Below, in pieces: positions 35,845 to 50,070 of a DNA stretch of 61,649 bases. The notes under the pieces are model-generated. The model made no database searches. It was not told the DNA's origin and worked only from the letters and a program-made list of their open reading frames with translations. The stretch lies in assembly GCA_977017645.1 (NCBI GenBank), contig OZ360240.1, forward strand, positions 64,294,001 through 64,355,649, written 5' to 3'. Position numbers and translations under genes: made by a program. How positions within the stretch are numbered: position 1 is the stretch's first letter; the number at the start of each line of letters is the position of its first letter. The DNA is from Torpedo marmorata (taxonomy: Eukaryota).

Positions 35845-36695
35845 TGTTACAAAATCAAACCAGCAATGACAGAAGATGCAATGCAAAAGGGGTAAAATTG
35901 AAATTTATATTTATTAAAGACAATTAAACATATAATTTCACAACAATTAACCCCACTATAAACATCTATAAACACTATTCTTAGCTAAAGAGTGTGTGTG
36001 TGTATAAAGCCCAGACCATTACAGTCTGTGCCCAACACTCATGTAAAAATGGAAAACCTTCCCCAAAACCCCCAGGTCAGTCATAAAAATAAGTCAGTCC
36101 CAAAAATACAGTCCACAAAAATCACTCTCTATGTTCAGGGTCAAAATTCAGCTCTGCGCGCTGGCATGAAGGACTTCTTAATGAACGTTGGAGAGAGAGA
36201 CAATGACTGTTTAAGCTTACGAATGCTTGGCCTGCTTTTCTTCCCTGATGACTTTCCCTTTTGGTAGGTGCACGAGGATTGCGATTCCAAATCAGTTTTG
36301 ATTGAGGCATATACTTGGATCTCACAGCCTGTCTCGCTGATCTCACGCCTGTTCTCCACGAAAGTTGCTTTATCTCAGGATTTTGCTGATACAGGAGGCC
36401 ATGTGCTATTCTCCCAGCCTTTTCCGCTGGAATGCACAAGCCTGGATTTGGTGTTGTTGCTTCAGCCTCTTGCAACTCAAAACTGGATGCTTTTTGCAGA
36501 GGTTTGCACCTGCTTTTGCAAAAGTGTAACAAAGTACCTTTCCACAGCCTGTCTCTCTCTCTGTGTCTCTCTCTGAGCACAACCAGTCCTGGGCAAGTTA
36601 ACTCTTTCAATACCTGGTCTCAGTGTGTACTCCAAAAGACTTCATCCTTCCTGCTGACCATCCGCATTCAAAATGGTCAGTCATGGTCCATAACA
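35845..36695 (-). mobile_element. Solo LTR of the Gmr1-like family
   Basis: TGTTAC...ATAACA; TSD GTGG (35841-35844, 36696-36699). Confidence 0.92.
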
Positions 36696-36813
36696 GTGGA
36701 CAAAGGCATTGGGCACATTGAAGTCCGGTGGGGCGGTTAACGTGAAACACTTAGAATATTGGGATACAGGGAAAGCAGATTATCTTTCAGCAAAGCGAAG
36801 GTCAGCTGTCAAT

Positions 36814-37240
36814 CTATAAGACCATAAGACATAGGAGCCTAGTTAGGTCTTTCAGCCCATCGAGTTTGTTCCGCCATTTGAATCATGGCTGATGTATTTT
36901 TCCTCTGTACCCCATTCTCCCTGTAACCTTTGACACCCTTCCTCCCGACCCCATTCTCCCCGTAACCTTTGGCACACTCACTAATCAAGAATCGATCAAC
37001 CCCTGCTTTAACTCTGCCCAATGACTTGGCCTCCACAACCCTCTGTGGCAACGAATTCCACAGTTTCACCGTCCTCTGGCTGAAGAAATTTCTCCTCATC
37101 TCTGTTCTAAAGGGACATCCTTTTGTTCGGAGGCTGTGCCCTCTGGTCCTAGACTCTGCCGCTTCTGGAAACATCTCCCCTGCCACTCTGTCTAGCCCTT
37201 CCAACATTCGGTAGGTTTTAATTACATCTCCCTCTTATAC
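36814..37240 (-). mobile_element. CR1 LINE 3' end
   Basis: SRTRGHSL...MRRNFFSQRTVKLWNSLPQRVVEA. Confidence 0.85.
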
Positions 37241-38108
37241 ATGGATAAATGGAGTCTCTAAATTTATGCAGGTACACCATTTTTAAGAGGCTGTTGTTCC
37301 AGCGTGTAGTTTACTCCATTAACTGCAAGCTATCTACTCAGGTGCTGGGCATCACTAACCCCTGGCACTATAACACATTCACATTACATCGAGGATTCAA
37401 ACCTTCACAGTGAGAGGGTGGGGAGGATCTGAAGTTTGTGTAAAAGTGAATTCGACATCTTCCCAACGTTCATTTCCATTGGCTTGAATGGGAGAGATGT
37501 GAAACAAACCATCTGCGGATTTGCAATTGGATGCTTTTATGCTCCTGAAGATCTAGCCTGGTGGATAGACTGAAGATTCTGAGACAAAGGCAGGGTAAAA
37601 TTTAAATCCTATCATGATGATAGTGCTTTTCTCGAAGATGAGCCTGGATCTGAAGACTGATTTTCAGCCAGGTAGATAGGAAGATGGAGCGCTGTGCCAT
37701 CTAAGGTATATGCAAAAATCACGGAGTTTTAACAGTTGGAATTCTCCCATTTAAATGGCCACCTCCTCTGGAACATTCTGGAACATTACAGAGGACGGGA
37801 TCATTTGCCCTGCATCTACACTAGCTCTCTGAAACATTTATCTATTCAGTTCTTTCTCCATTTCTTAGATTTTATTTCCTTTTGCCCAGTACGTGTCCAA
37901 TTCCCGTCTGAAAATCACTCTAAATCCATGTATTTTGTTCCTGGCTAATTAATACCTGGTCACATTGTTGTCACTTTGACTGATAAAATAAAAAGGTGAT
38001 ATCAAGCTGGGTGTATAACAAACATCTTTCCAGACTGAAAGCAACAGAAATAGAGGATGGTGTATAACACCTGTCGCCTCACCTTTGGTGTTAAATTTTT
38101 GTGTTGAG

Positions 38109-39186
38109 TGTAACGGATGTGTTAATGTTGATATTAATATTTAAAGTTAAGTTATAGAATTATATATATTGTTAGTAAGGTTAGTTGTGGGCTGGTACAG
38201 GGTCACACATTTGCAGAAAAAAAAACCATTACTAAGAGAAAGAATGTCAGCTTGGAGACGCCGCGTCTAAGAAGACAAAAGCCATAATGAAACAGAAGTG
38301 GATTTAAGTGATTTCAGGACAATGTGTGGTTCTTAAAAGCATTATGCTAGCAGCTGTTGCAAACTCAAGTGCCATTTGAGTGACATGTGCCAGACTTTCC
38401 GGAGTCATAAACACTTAAACAGAGATGAGGTCAGAAAGGCAAGAGGCTTTGCAGAAATGAAACTGAAACTGTGCTGATGTCACGTCACATGAGGTCAGAG
38501 AAATATATAATGAAGGCAGAGAGACATTTTGGAACTCTGAAGACCTCTGAAGAAATTTGACTTTCTGGAAAGACAGAATTTGAAGCAGTGATATCTGACA
38601 TAGATAGAGGTGTTGTTTTGTGTATTATCCTTACCATAGGAGATACACCATATAAGTGGCTCTTAAAATACGTAAGACCACTTCTGACTGCCTCTTTAAG
38701 AAAGAGGACAGCCTTGTATATTACTTTCAATTAAGAAAGAAATCATCGTGGAAAACAGACTCCGGAACTCTTAGACAAGATAAGAAGGAGTTTGGTTAAA
38801 TCACTCGCTTGAAGAAAATATATCTGAAAGACAACTCATCAAAAGACTTGTGAGTTTGAAAGAAAGCAGATGCTTCACTTCTGATTTATAATTACTTCTG
38901 AAACAATTTGAAGGGATCCTGAACTTCAACAAAAGAAGTTTGAAACTGGACTTTAAAAATTGACTTTTCAGATTCAAGTTTAAACTAAAATAGTTTGGAC
39001 TTTAACACACACATATTAACATTTGCGCATAGTGGGGTTTAAGTTAGAGTTAAGTTTAGAGATAAGTAAGATATGTTATGTTCTTAATAGTTTAAATAAA
39101 ACTATTCTTTTGAATTTACCATTGTCTAGTGAATTTTCCATTGCTGTTCATTTGTTAGTACTAACAGGGTTTGTTAGTTCGTAACA
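38109..39186 (+). mobile_element. Solo LTR (1078 bp), separate gypsy-type family
   Basis: TGTAACG...CGTAACA termini; TSD TGAG (38105-38108, 39187-39190); AATAAA near the 3' end. Confidence 0.8.
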
Positions 39187-39501
39187 TGAGATATCATATA
39201 ATCCAAGAAAATGCTCTTCTTTCTTTCTCCAAGAATTGTATTGTAACCTGTAGCTTCCGGCAACCTCCACTCAGAACCCATATATTGCCTAATTAGAACA
39301 CTTCCTGATAGGCAGTATCTGAGCAAGGGTCTCAAATTCTTCTTCAGAATTAAAGCTAAATTCCAGACTCCAAATCTAGCTTTGAGAAACACCATAAAAA
39401 ATCAGCTTTGGATCATAATTACTTCACTGGTAATACTTTGGGGACATGCAGTTTTCCAAAAACAATTCACACTTGTACCTGATATTTGCACTTCTGCGGT
39501 T

Positions 39502-42310
39502 AAATAAATGATTCTTTCAAAGATTTTTATTTGAATTTATATACATCTCAAGCCGATAAAGATGACTCTAAAATTAACAAATTTTTATCCAAAATTAAGA
39601 TGCCCAGGTTAGATACACTTAGTAAAGAATCTTTAGATTCACCATTTACGATGAGGGAAGTCAATGAGGTTCTTAGTTCTTTAACAAGTGGGAAATCTCC
39701 GGGGGAGGATGGTTTCCCATCAGAATTTTATAAGAAATTTAAGGACTTATTGATACCTCCTTATATGGAGGTGTTAAAACAAATAACGGAAACCCATTCT
39801 CTACCGGAATCCTTCTCAAATGCATTATTAACAGTTATACCAAAAAAAGATAGAGACTTGTTGAAATAGACCAATATCGTTGTTAAATGTGGACTATAAA
39901 ATAATGGCGAAAATTTTAGCAAATAGATTTACCAGATTTAGTCCATGTAGATCAAGCAGGCTTTATTAGAAACAGATATTCAAATGATAATATCGCTTGA
40001 TTAATTAGTCTAATAAACGTGGCACAAAAAAGAGAAGAACTGTCATTAGTATTAACATTAGATGCCGAAAAGGCTTTTGATAGATTAAAGTGGAATTATG
40101 TATTTAAGGTACTGGAAAAATTCGGTTTTGGAAATACATTTATTAATTGGATTAAAACTATATATAAAGAACCGTCTGCTAGAGTGGTCACAAATGGACA
40201 AATATCTTCAAAATTTTCCTTAACTAGGTCTACTAGACAAGGTTGTCCTTTATCGCCAGCATTGTTTATTTTAGCAATAGAACCTTTAGCCGTATTAATT
40301 AGACAAGATATTAAGATTGCAGGTATTAAAGTTGGTAATGAAGAACACAAAATTAGTTTATTTGCAGATGACGTATTGATATATATGACAAAACCTATTA
40401 GTTCTCTAACACAATTGTCTGTTTTATTGAAGGAATATGGGGAAATATCTGGTTATAAGATTAACTCGGATAAAAGTGAAATTATGCCTTTAACACAAGG
40501 GGACTATAGTGATTGTAAAGAAATTACACAATTTAAATGGTCAAAGGAAGGAATTAAATATTTGGGAATAAAGATTGATACAAAATTAGCCAATTTATAT
40601 AAATTAAATTATTTACCATTATTTATGAAAATTAAAAAAGATTTAGAAAGTTGGAAGGATTTACCTATAACTTTAATAGGAAGGATAAACTGTATTAAAA
40701 TGAATGTTTTTCTAAGAATTCAGTATCTTTTTCAATCAATTCCTTATGAAATTCTTCAGAAATTCTTTAAAGATTTAAATTTTATTATTAGGAAGTTTTT
40801 GTGGAAAGGAAAGTTGGCTAGAGTAGGTATGGAGAAATTAACCTGGAATTATGAAATGGGTGGTCTACAACTTCCTAATTTTCAATATTACTATTAAGCA
40901 GCCCAACTAAAATTTATTAAAGAACTGTTTGATTTAGGGAAACTCTCTGCTTGGATTAGAATATAATTAAATAACATAGGAGAGGATTTGAAAGAAGAAG
41001 TCATTTATAAATGGAATTCTAAATTATTATTAACTAAAGGGAAAAATTCTCCTATTTTTAGGCATTTGTTAGAAATGTGGAATAGAGTGGATAGAGAAAT
41101 AGGAGCGAAAGGGTCAATCTCTCGAAGAATGCCTCTGTATCAAAATAATCCTATCCCATTTACTGTTGATAATCAATTATTTAAAATTTGGTTCCAAAAG
41201 GGAATTAAGGAAATAAATGATTGTTTTGAAGCTGGTAAATTTATTACGTTTCAGAGAATGAAAGATAAGTTTAGTGTAGCAAATAATACAATCTTTGCTT
41301 ACTATCAAATTAGGGCATTTTTAGTTGAAAGGTTGGGTCATGGTTTGACCTTACCAAGACAGACTGAATTGGAATTATTAGTTACTAATGGAGGTGTGCC
41401 TAAATTTATTTCTCAAATGTATAGATTGTTACAGAGGAAATTTCCTAAATCAGGAATTCATAAATCAAGATTAAATTGGGAAAAAGATTTGAATGTAACA
41501 ATAGATGAAGAACACTGGAAAAAATTATGTAAACAAAGTATGACGAAGATTATTAATGTTAGATACAGATTGGTGCAATATAATTTTTTTCATCAATTGT
41601 ATTTAACACCTAAAAGACTAAAGAAATTTAATCCGACGTTATCTGGTTTATGTTTTAGATGTAATAGTGAGGAAGGTTCTTTTGTACACTCCACATGGTT
41701 ATGTCCAAAAGTGTATGATTTCTGGTTGAAGGTTAAAAAGTTTTTGGATAGGGTATTGGGAGTTACACTCCCAATGGATCCTATGATATTTTTGTTTGGA
41801 GATATTGAAGGAACCAGTGTTAAAATGAAATTAAATATGTATCAGACAGAATTTTTACGTATTGCTTTAGCCGTTTCTAAGAAATGTATTGCCATTACAT
41901 GGAAGTCGGATGTAGATTTAGGGTTGGAAAGATGGCATGCAGAATTGCGTTCATGTATACCACTCGAAAAAATTACTTATAATTTACGTGGTAAATATTA
42001 TTTCTTTTTGAATGTATGGAGCCCATATATAAAAACTGTTGGTTTAAGGATTTGAAGATCTCCGGATATCAGATCTGATTGGCGAACCTGTGTTCCACAA
42101 TAAAATTAGTTTATAGTTGTTCTTTTTTAGAGTGACATTCTCCTTACTTTATCTTTTTCTTCTTCTTTCTTTCTTTTCGGGAGGGTTAGGGAGGGGAGGG
42201 AGGGAGGGAGGGGGGGGTGAAAATGTATCACATGTAATCTGATAAATTTGCATTTTAAACTATGTACTGTGTGATTAAAAAATTTTAAATAAAATATTTT
42301 TTTAAAAAAG
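39502..42310 (+). mobile_element. 5'-truncated L1-clade LINE (ORF2 RT and C-terminal Cys region, 3' UTR), with stops
   Basis: GKSPGEDGF, LDAEKAFDR, TRQGCPLSP, LFADD, IKYLGI, CFRC...H....C; G-rich 3' UTR, AATAAA and A-rich tail. Confidence 0.93.
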
Positions 42311-43589
42311 AAATCAAAAAAATCAGAATAGAAACAGGTCATCCTCAACTGTAAGCGACTGCCTAAAAACAAGAGTTTCAGGGTGCATTATCACTGTATA
42401 AATGTAAAATGTGGTCAGGTTTCTTCGTACACTAATGCTGAACTAATTGCAGAACAGAAGAAAAATTTGAAGACACACAGGAGATGCTGAAATCTGGAGC
42501 AACATACACTCTGCTGGAGGAACTCAGTGGGAGAAAAAGAATGATCAAGGTTTTGAGCCAGAACCCTTCATCAGGACCATTTGAAGTCTCCTTTCACAGG
42601 AATAGTCCCTTCATACTTGGTTGTGTCCGGTCAGGATCCAGTTGCATGAAACTAAAGGTGCGAAGTGAAAGTTCATCATACACATCAGTAATAAACATAC
42701 AGTATTATAGTAAACATCAAGTGCTATCAGGCTGTTGAACCTCCCTTTGTTACACAAATCAGAGACTGCTCTGACACCACAAAATGAAAGTCTGCACTAT
42801 TGCTAAGTCACTTATTTTGCACAAGGTTAGCTGTGAATCTTTATTATCAATCTATTATGTTTTGTATTTATTGTCCCTTTTTAATTCAATAAAATATACC
42901 ATTGTATTTGTTTTTAGTTGTTTCTTTCCCGCGGCAAGAATTTCATTGCACATGTACATTGTACAATGAATACGACAATAAACTCATTCTCATTGTTATA
43001 TCTTTTTGTCACAAAATGCAAGATTTATCCTTAATCGCCCAATTTGCTCAACCTTTTGATGTTGGACAGTGGAACTATTGAAAGAGTGTCCATAATTTGT
43101 CAGGTCTGCGTCTTGGCTGCGAAATCTGATTGCCATGTTCAAGTTCCCATGAGCTCACACTTAAAACTCCTTCTGATTTCAGTTGCGTTGTCATGGTGAA
43201 ACACAAGTAAAATTATTTTCTTGAAGAATTTCATAAATGCTTCCTGCTGTCAGATTTCAGAGTGTCAATCAAACTGAGTGTAATTATTGGGCACAGCAGC
43301 TTTAAGATTTTCTGCATCATTCTATTTATTTTTAGAATATTCCCCAATGAATCAATAATGAATTTCATTTGATCCACTTTGCAAAGACACCAAGAGAACA
43401 GGATACCACAATGCAGACCGCAAATTGGGAGAAACTTGAGCCCTGGTTTTCTACAGTACCTACATATAAATTTGCACAATTATATTCTGTCATTTTGTTA
43501 TTTAAGTGCTGAGTCCTTTTTTTCCAATGATGCTGACCTGTAATTCACTTGAACCTCCAAGGGTTAAATCTTGACTTTGTTCTTTTCTT

Positions 43590-44612
43590 TTTAAAATATT
43601 TTTATTGAGTTTAACATATAAACAAATGTACAAGAAAAAAAAATTAAAACATATAATCATACAAATTCAAAGGAAAAACAAGCAAATGAAACTACGTTAA
43701 CCAGTTCCCAAGTTTAAATATAGAACAAGTTATGAACATGTTATAGATTCATGTTCAAACTCGTATTCCAAATTATTGGCTGAAATATAAAATGTAAAAA
43801 GAATTCCAAAAAAAAAAGAAAAAAAATCTAAAAGCTAATTCTAATCTAACCCCTCCCTCTATAAAAGTTACCTTTATAACAAAGAGAAAATAGAAAATGA
43901 ATCAGATAGCGATCTCCAGACCTCGGACAGAGAATCCTCGGAACATTCACGTTTATTAATTCTTCCAATCATGATAGTATTCTATAAATGGGCCCCATAT
44001 CTTTAGAAATTGAAACTTTCTATCTTTAATATTATATCTAATTTTCTCCAAGCTCAGATAAGACATTACATCCTGTAACTACTGTCTATGTATCGGTGAT
44101 GAATCGTCTTTCCATTTCAATAAAATTGCTCGTCTGGCTATCAACGTGGAAAAGGCTAGAACTTTCTCCTGAGATGCAGACAGAGGTATATTTGGTTCAC
44201 GTGAAAAACCAAACAAAGCAATTAACGGACATGGTTCTATTTTAATCTTAAAAATCATCGATAAAGTTTGAAAAATATCTTTCCAAGATCTCTAAATTTG
44301 GGCATTCCCAATACATATGAATCAGTGAGGCTTCAAAAATTTTACACTTCTCACATAGTGGATCAATATCTGCATAAAAACGAGATAATTTAAGTTTAGA
44401 CATATGGATTCTATGTACCACCTTAAATTGTAATAAACAATGTCTTGCACAGAAAGAAGAGGTGTTAATCAAGCTAAGAGTATGATACCAGTCTTTGTCT
44501 GAAAATGTTATATTTAAATCACGTTCCCAATCATTCTTAATCCCTGCCATAGGGACTGATCTTATATCTAATAAATCATTATATATGCATGACGCTAATC
44601 CACGCTGAAAAA
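43590..44612 (-). mobile_element. L1-clade LINE 3' end
   Basis: WERDL...CARHCLLQFKVVHRIH...CEKC...HMYWECP; minus-strand AATAAA and A tail near 43600. Confidence 0.85.
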
Positions 44613-45036
44613 AGAACCGTTCAATGGTTTTAAACAGGTGAAGATGAGATGGTAGTCATCTGTCAAAGTCATAAAGTCTGGAAACAGGCCATTCAGACCA
44701 TTATGTCTAGACTAACCATCTCCATCAAATTCACACCTTCTCTGAACCCCATCAGCTCCCACCCACCATACTTCTGCCACCTATCTACGCTAAGGATAAT
44801 TTACAGTTGCCAATTACCCTACCATCCAGTACGTCTGTGGGAGGTGGTAGGAAAATTAAGCATTCCAGGGAAATCTATGCAGTTACAAGGAGAAGGTGCA
44901 AACTCCACACAGACACCGCAAGTGGTCGGGAAGGTGTAGAGCAGCAATACAAACCTCTCCACTGCCCTTTATAGGTGGAGGTGAAGTCATTGGGTCTATT
45001 TAAAGTGGAGGATGATGGGTCTCGATTGGTAGGTTT

Positions 45037-45561
45037 TGTAGGGGAAAGAATAATGAGGGCTATAACGAGTAAAGAGGGATGTAGATTGTGCTAATGTGGT
45101 AACAGGGAACCGAAGACAGGCCCATTAGTAGATCCGTGGAATACAGCAGTGACAACACCCAAGTTTCGGGAACACAATTAATTATGTTGTAGCGAGCACC
45201 TTTTGCTGTAATAGGCAATTAGATTTATTGTTAAGTAAGTTACAATTGTAACATGCACCCATTGTTGTAAACAGAAACTTAGACCCATTGTTAACTAAAA
45301 CTTATAGACAATTAGCATCCTGTTCTGTAATCAACCTTTATCTTGCCTGTAACTAGATCTTTGTAACTCCCATTCTGTAATCACAACAGTAAAACTAAGT
45401 TAGTCAAGTTTCTGTAATTATGTTCATTGAGAGTATAAAACTTGTATTAAAATCATGCTCAGGAGATCAGCTGTGACTGGTCTCCTGATGTGCATCAATT
45501 TTAATAAATCACCCATTGTTTCGAACATCAACTCTGCATGGTATTTCTCTTTGCTCCTACA
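45037..45561 (+). mobile_element. Probable solo LTR inserted in a CR1 3' end
   Basis: TGTAGG...CCTACA termini, TATAAAA (~45434), AATAAA (~45503); CR1 sequence resumes at 45562; TSD imperfect. Confidence 0.55.
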
Positions 45562-45977
45562 GTAAGGGTGCCAAAGGTTACAGGGAGAAGGCAGGAGAAT
45601 GGGATGAGAGGGAAAAAACATATCAGCTGTGATTGAATGGTGGGGCAACTTCTATGGGCTGAATGGTATAATTCTGCTCCTATATCTCATAGTCTAATGG
45701 ATTTAGGTCTGCCAATTCTCAAAGCAGGGTGTGGGACAAAAATGGGAGGAGAAGTGGGAAGAACAGAAGGAGATCAGAAGAAAAGAGAGGGAACGTTACC
45801 TGAAGTTGGAAAAAATCTTGATGAAGGATTCCAACCAGAAATGTTGACCATTCTTTTTCTTTCATTCATGCTGCTTGATCCACTGAGTTCCTCCAGATGA
45901 TTGTTTGATTCTCCAATTAATACCTTGTAACATATTCTCTCTCATCTGCCCACGATCTCCCTCCCAAGCCTACCGAC

Positions 45978-46586
45978 GAGCATAATCGTCACCACAAGGT
46001 CAATTTCATCCGGGTTCTCTGGTTTCCTCGAATGGTTAGCCTGGCGGTTAGCGCAACGCTATGTCAGCGCCAGTGACCCGGGTTCAAATCCGGTGCTGTC
46101 TGCAGGGAGTTTGTATGTTCTCCCCGTCACTTGTGTTAGTTTTCTCCGGGTGCTCCGGTTTCCTCCCACCCTCCAAAACGTATGGGTTTGGATGGTTAAT
46201 TGGGTGTAATTGAGCGGTAATTGAGGAGTAATTTAAATTCAGGAGAAATTTAAAGTAACCAGTTAATTAACCAGTACCTCTTTGGAATTTTAATTATTTT
46301 TAATGATAAAGCACGGTAGAAAGCTCTTCTAGCCCATGAAATGCTACCGCTCAATTACACCCAATTAACCATCCAACCCCATACGTTTTGAAGGGTGGGA
46401 GGAAACTGGAGCACCCAGAGAAAACTAACACAAGTGACGGGGAGAACATACAAACTCCCTGCAGACAGCACCGGACTTGAACCCGGGTCACTGGCGCTGA
46501 CATAGCGTTGCGCTAACCGCCACGCTAACCATTCGAGGAAACCAGAGAACCCGGATGAAATTGACCTTGTGGTGACGATTATGCTC
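45978..46586. repeat. Inverted duplication, 242-bp arms (SINE plus flank) with 125-bp spacer
   Basis: 45978-46219 is the reverse complement of 46345-46586, about 6 mismatches by eye. Confidence 0.92.
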
Positions 46587-47189
46587 ATGTCAGGTGTTGC
46601 AAAGGAGTTGAGCGACTGCTATGTTTGAAGCCAGTGCTGGGAACCAGTGCCCGACCTGCTGAATGCAAAGTGGAGAAGTATAGTTCCAAATTCAGAACTG
46701 AGAACACATCAACAAAAGGATTGATGTGTTGGTCTGACGCTCGTCCAAGTCTATGGTTTTTATTACTCTGTAAATATTCATTTTATCAAACTGGAGTTTT
46801 TTCACTTTGCTTGTTTAATAGGGACTATTTGTTCTCCAACATAAAAACATTGGGGGGAAAATGGCCTTCCAGACCCTCAGCCCCGAGATCCCAATTAATT
46901 AGATCTGCACCTTGATGTACTTTGGCGTCAACGGCCTTAATACCTTCACCAAACAAAATGTAACATTCTCGACACTGAAAATTTCCACCTGTGTCTGAGA
47001 CACATTGAAGAGAAGGAGCTCCACAGGCCCCAAACCATCTGGAGTTTAATGATTGAATGTCCAAATGTTAATTTTATGCTATTTCTCCAATTGTGTTTTT
47101 CCCACCATAGTTTCTCTCTATCAATCAAACAATGTTTGTATAACACTTTAAAAATCACACTCCTTGCGTGTTTAATGGCAGCATTCTGA

Positions 47190-47810
47190 ACAGTGTGGAG
47201 GAACAGAGAGATCCTGGGGCCCAGGTTCATGGATCCCTCAAGGGTGCCGAGCAAGTTGATAGAGTGGTTAAGAATTAGTATTGTTGTGCTGGCCTTCATT
47301 AGTCAGGGGATTGAGTTCAAGAGCCGTGAGGTATTGTTGCAGCTCCATAAAACTCTATTTAGATCCACTTGGGAGTACTGCATTCAGTTCTGGTTACCTT
47401 ATTACAGGAAGGATGTAGATGCTTTAGAGAGGGTGCAGTGGAGATTTACCAGATGTTGCCTGGATCGGAGAACATGTCTTGTGAAGCAAGGTTGACAGAG
47501 CTGGGGCTTTTATCTTCGGAACGACAAAGGATGAGAGGTGACTTAATATAGGTATGTAAGTTCATGAGGGGCTTCGGTAGGGCGGACAGCACAGAAGACA
47601 TGTGTTCAAGGTGAGTGGAGGAAAATTTAGGGGAGATGTCAGAGGTAAGTTTTTTACTCAGAAAGTGGTGGGTGCCTGGAATGCATTGCCAGGAGTGGTG
47701 GTGGAGACTGGTACAATAGGGACATTCAAAAGACTCTTAGATAGGCACATAGATGTAAGAAAATTGAGGGATTTGAGTGTGAGATAGTGAAGGATTTGAT
47801 TGTTGTGGAG
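47190..47810 (+). mobile_element. CR1 LINE 3' part; tail resumes at ~48650-48718
   Basis: GIEFKSREVLLQLHKTL...EYCIQFW.PYYRKDVDALERVQ.RFTR; FFTQKVVGAWNALP. Confidence 0.85.
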
Positions 47811-48640
47811 TTAAATAGAAAATTCTTCAGATGCTGGGATTGTAGTAGAATACATAAAAGTGCTAGAGAAACTCATCACGTCACACAGCATCCATAGGAA
47901 GTAAAAGGTGACCAACATTTCAGGCCTGAGCCCTTCATCAAGATATGAGCAAAAAGCAGGCAGGCACCTGAATAAAAAGGAGGGGGGAAGAGAGGAGAGA
48001 AAGGAAGAAGGGACAGGTGGAGGAGCACAGGCGAACAGGTAAGAGCTCATGTGAATATAAGTAGGAGGGTAGAAGAGAAAAAAGCTGAAAAGTGTAGGGG
48101 GGAGGAGTAGCTCCCTGAATAGAGAAGGAAGGGAAGGGTGTGGGGAGCTGGAGGAAATGAGACAGAGGGTTAGGGAAACAGCGAGACTTGGGGGGTGGGT
48201 TTAATGGAAGCTGTAGAAATCGATGTTAATGCCGTCTGGTTGGCCAGTTGGGAGGAGGTGTGGGCGCAAGTTTGGCATTGAGTGACACGGTTAGTGTGCA
48301 ACAATATTATAGTGCCAGCGACCTGGGTTCGAATCTGGCGCTGTCTGTAAGGAGTTTGCACGTTCTCCCCATATCTGCATGGGTTTCCTCCGGGTGCTCC
48401 GGTTTCCTCCCACCCTTTAAAAACGTACAGGATTTGTAGGTTTATTGGTGTATTTGGGCGAAACGAGCTCGTGAGCCGGAAAGGCCCATTACCGTGCTGT
48501 ATGTCTACAAATATTTTTTTTATTGCGGTCACAGAGGTAGGGACTGAAGGGGAAATTTGTGGGAAGGGATGAGAGGATGAGGGAGTGCCAGAGGGAAGCA
48601 GAGAGGGGAGGGGAAGACGTGTCTGGTGGTGGGATTACAA
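47811..48640 (-). mobile_element. Penelope 3' fragment, interrupted by a SINE
   Basis: Terminal motif as at 11400-11532; AAATCGATGTTAATGCCGTCTGGTTGG matches the GIY-YIG end. Confidence 0.7.
48282..48520 (+). mobile_element. HE1/V-type SINE
   Basis: B-box GGTTCGAATC, core and tail. Confidence 0.85.
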
Positions 48641-49413
48641 TTGATGTGGATTAGGTTTACATGTCAGCACAACATTGTAGACTGAAGGGCCTGTATGTGC
48701 TGTTATGTTTTATGTTCTTGGTTATTTTACAGTTGTTTAAACATCTTTGCTAGGGTCTGGTGAGACACCCAACACAAAGTTAAACCCCTAAACCTAAACT
48801 TACAGCTGGTAACCATCCTCAAATAGATTGGGTATTTTAGATACCACAGCCTCAGTTCTCAATCTGGCTTCCTGTGGGAATGGCTCTGTGCTGGGAGTGT
48901 GGGAATGATGGGCTTAAAGGCCCTGTTCAAAGACTCATGAAGAATCTTCACAGGCAGGAGAGAGTGTGATAAGACCATACGCCTGTGTAATTGTCCTTCT
49001 TATTTTAGACAGAGCTCTAATTCCCAACTGCTGGATGCTTCAATTAATTCAGGACAGCATCCAATTACATTTTTCATTGAAGCAACTCCCACAGGAGACA
49101 CAGGGCAATAACATTTACAGAATCTATAGCAACTGCTCAATAGGAGCAATCAGCTTGCGCAGATCATTTTGTGTACACAATCACTGATTGAATTATCACT
49201 CTAAAGAATCCGTATTTCCTTCTCAAAATGTCATTAAATAGTTATGGAATTATTGACCTACAGAGGTAACTTTCTGAATGAGACGTGAAGTAGCGTTTGT
49301 ATCTTTTTTTAACTGTCCCGATCCTAACGGGAAATGTGCTGGACAAATGAACGGGAGGAGCTCAGATCAGTTGGTCATCTTTTACTGTTGAGCCTGCTTT
49401 GCCATTGTCATTA

Positions 49414-50070
49414 CAGGCAGTCCCCGGGTTAAAAACGAGTTCCGTTACCTAGGTCTGCCTTTCATTCGGATTTGTATGTAAGTTGGAACAGGTACATATG
49501 GTCCTTATTTAGCGTCAGCTAGTCAAATGGTTATCTTAGTATATATATCTGTAGTATATATTTTACCTTTATATGCATGTAAAACACTTCCTAATATACT
49601 AAAACATCTTAAACATAATAATACAGTACATTATAGTACAAGTAACTACACACGGTCATAAGATCATGATTAAAAGTTAACACTTACAGGAGAAGATGAT
49701 GGAGAGATGGCTACTCTCTGGCGATGCTTGGCAATGGCAGCGCCCCCGACCCCGACCCCAAGGCCCTCCCGCATCTTCGCTCCTTCTAATGCGCGCCTGG
49801 CTCCTTCGCTCGCACCCTCCTCCCTCCCTCTCGCTCGCTCGTGCGCTCCCTCCCCCCCTCTCGCTTGCTCGCGCGCTCCCTCCCTCCCTCCCGCTCGCTG
49901 CCCCCCCCGCCCCTCCCTCCCTGCTGGGCGACGGCAGCATCGCGCGAGAGTATCCTACAGCATAACCACGCTCAAACCGGAAGTTCACGGCATTCTACTT
50001 CCGGTCGGCTTCTCGGTACGTAAGTATGAGTTGTTCGTAATTCGGGCGTTTTCAACCCGGGGACTGCCTG
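49414..50070. mobile_element. Tigger/pogo-like MITE
   Basis: TIR CAGGCAGTCCCCGGGTT(A/G)AAAACG (23/24 match); TA duplicated at 49412-49413 and 50071-50072. Confidence 0.92.
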
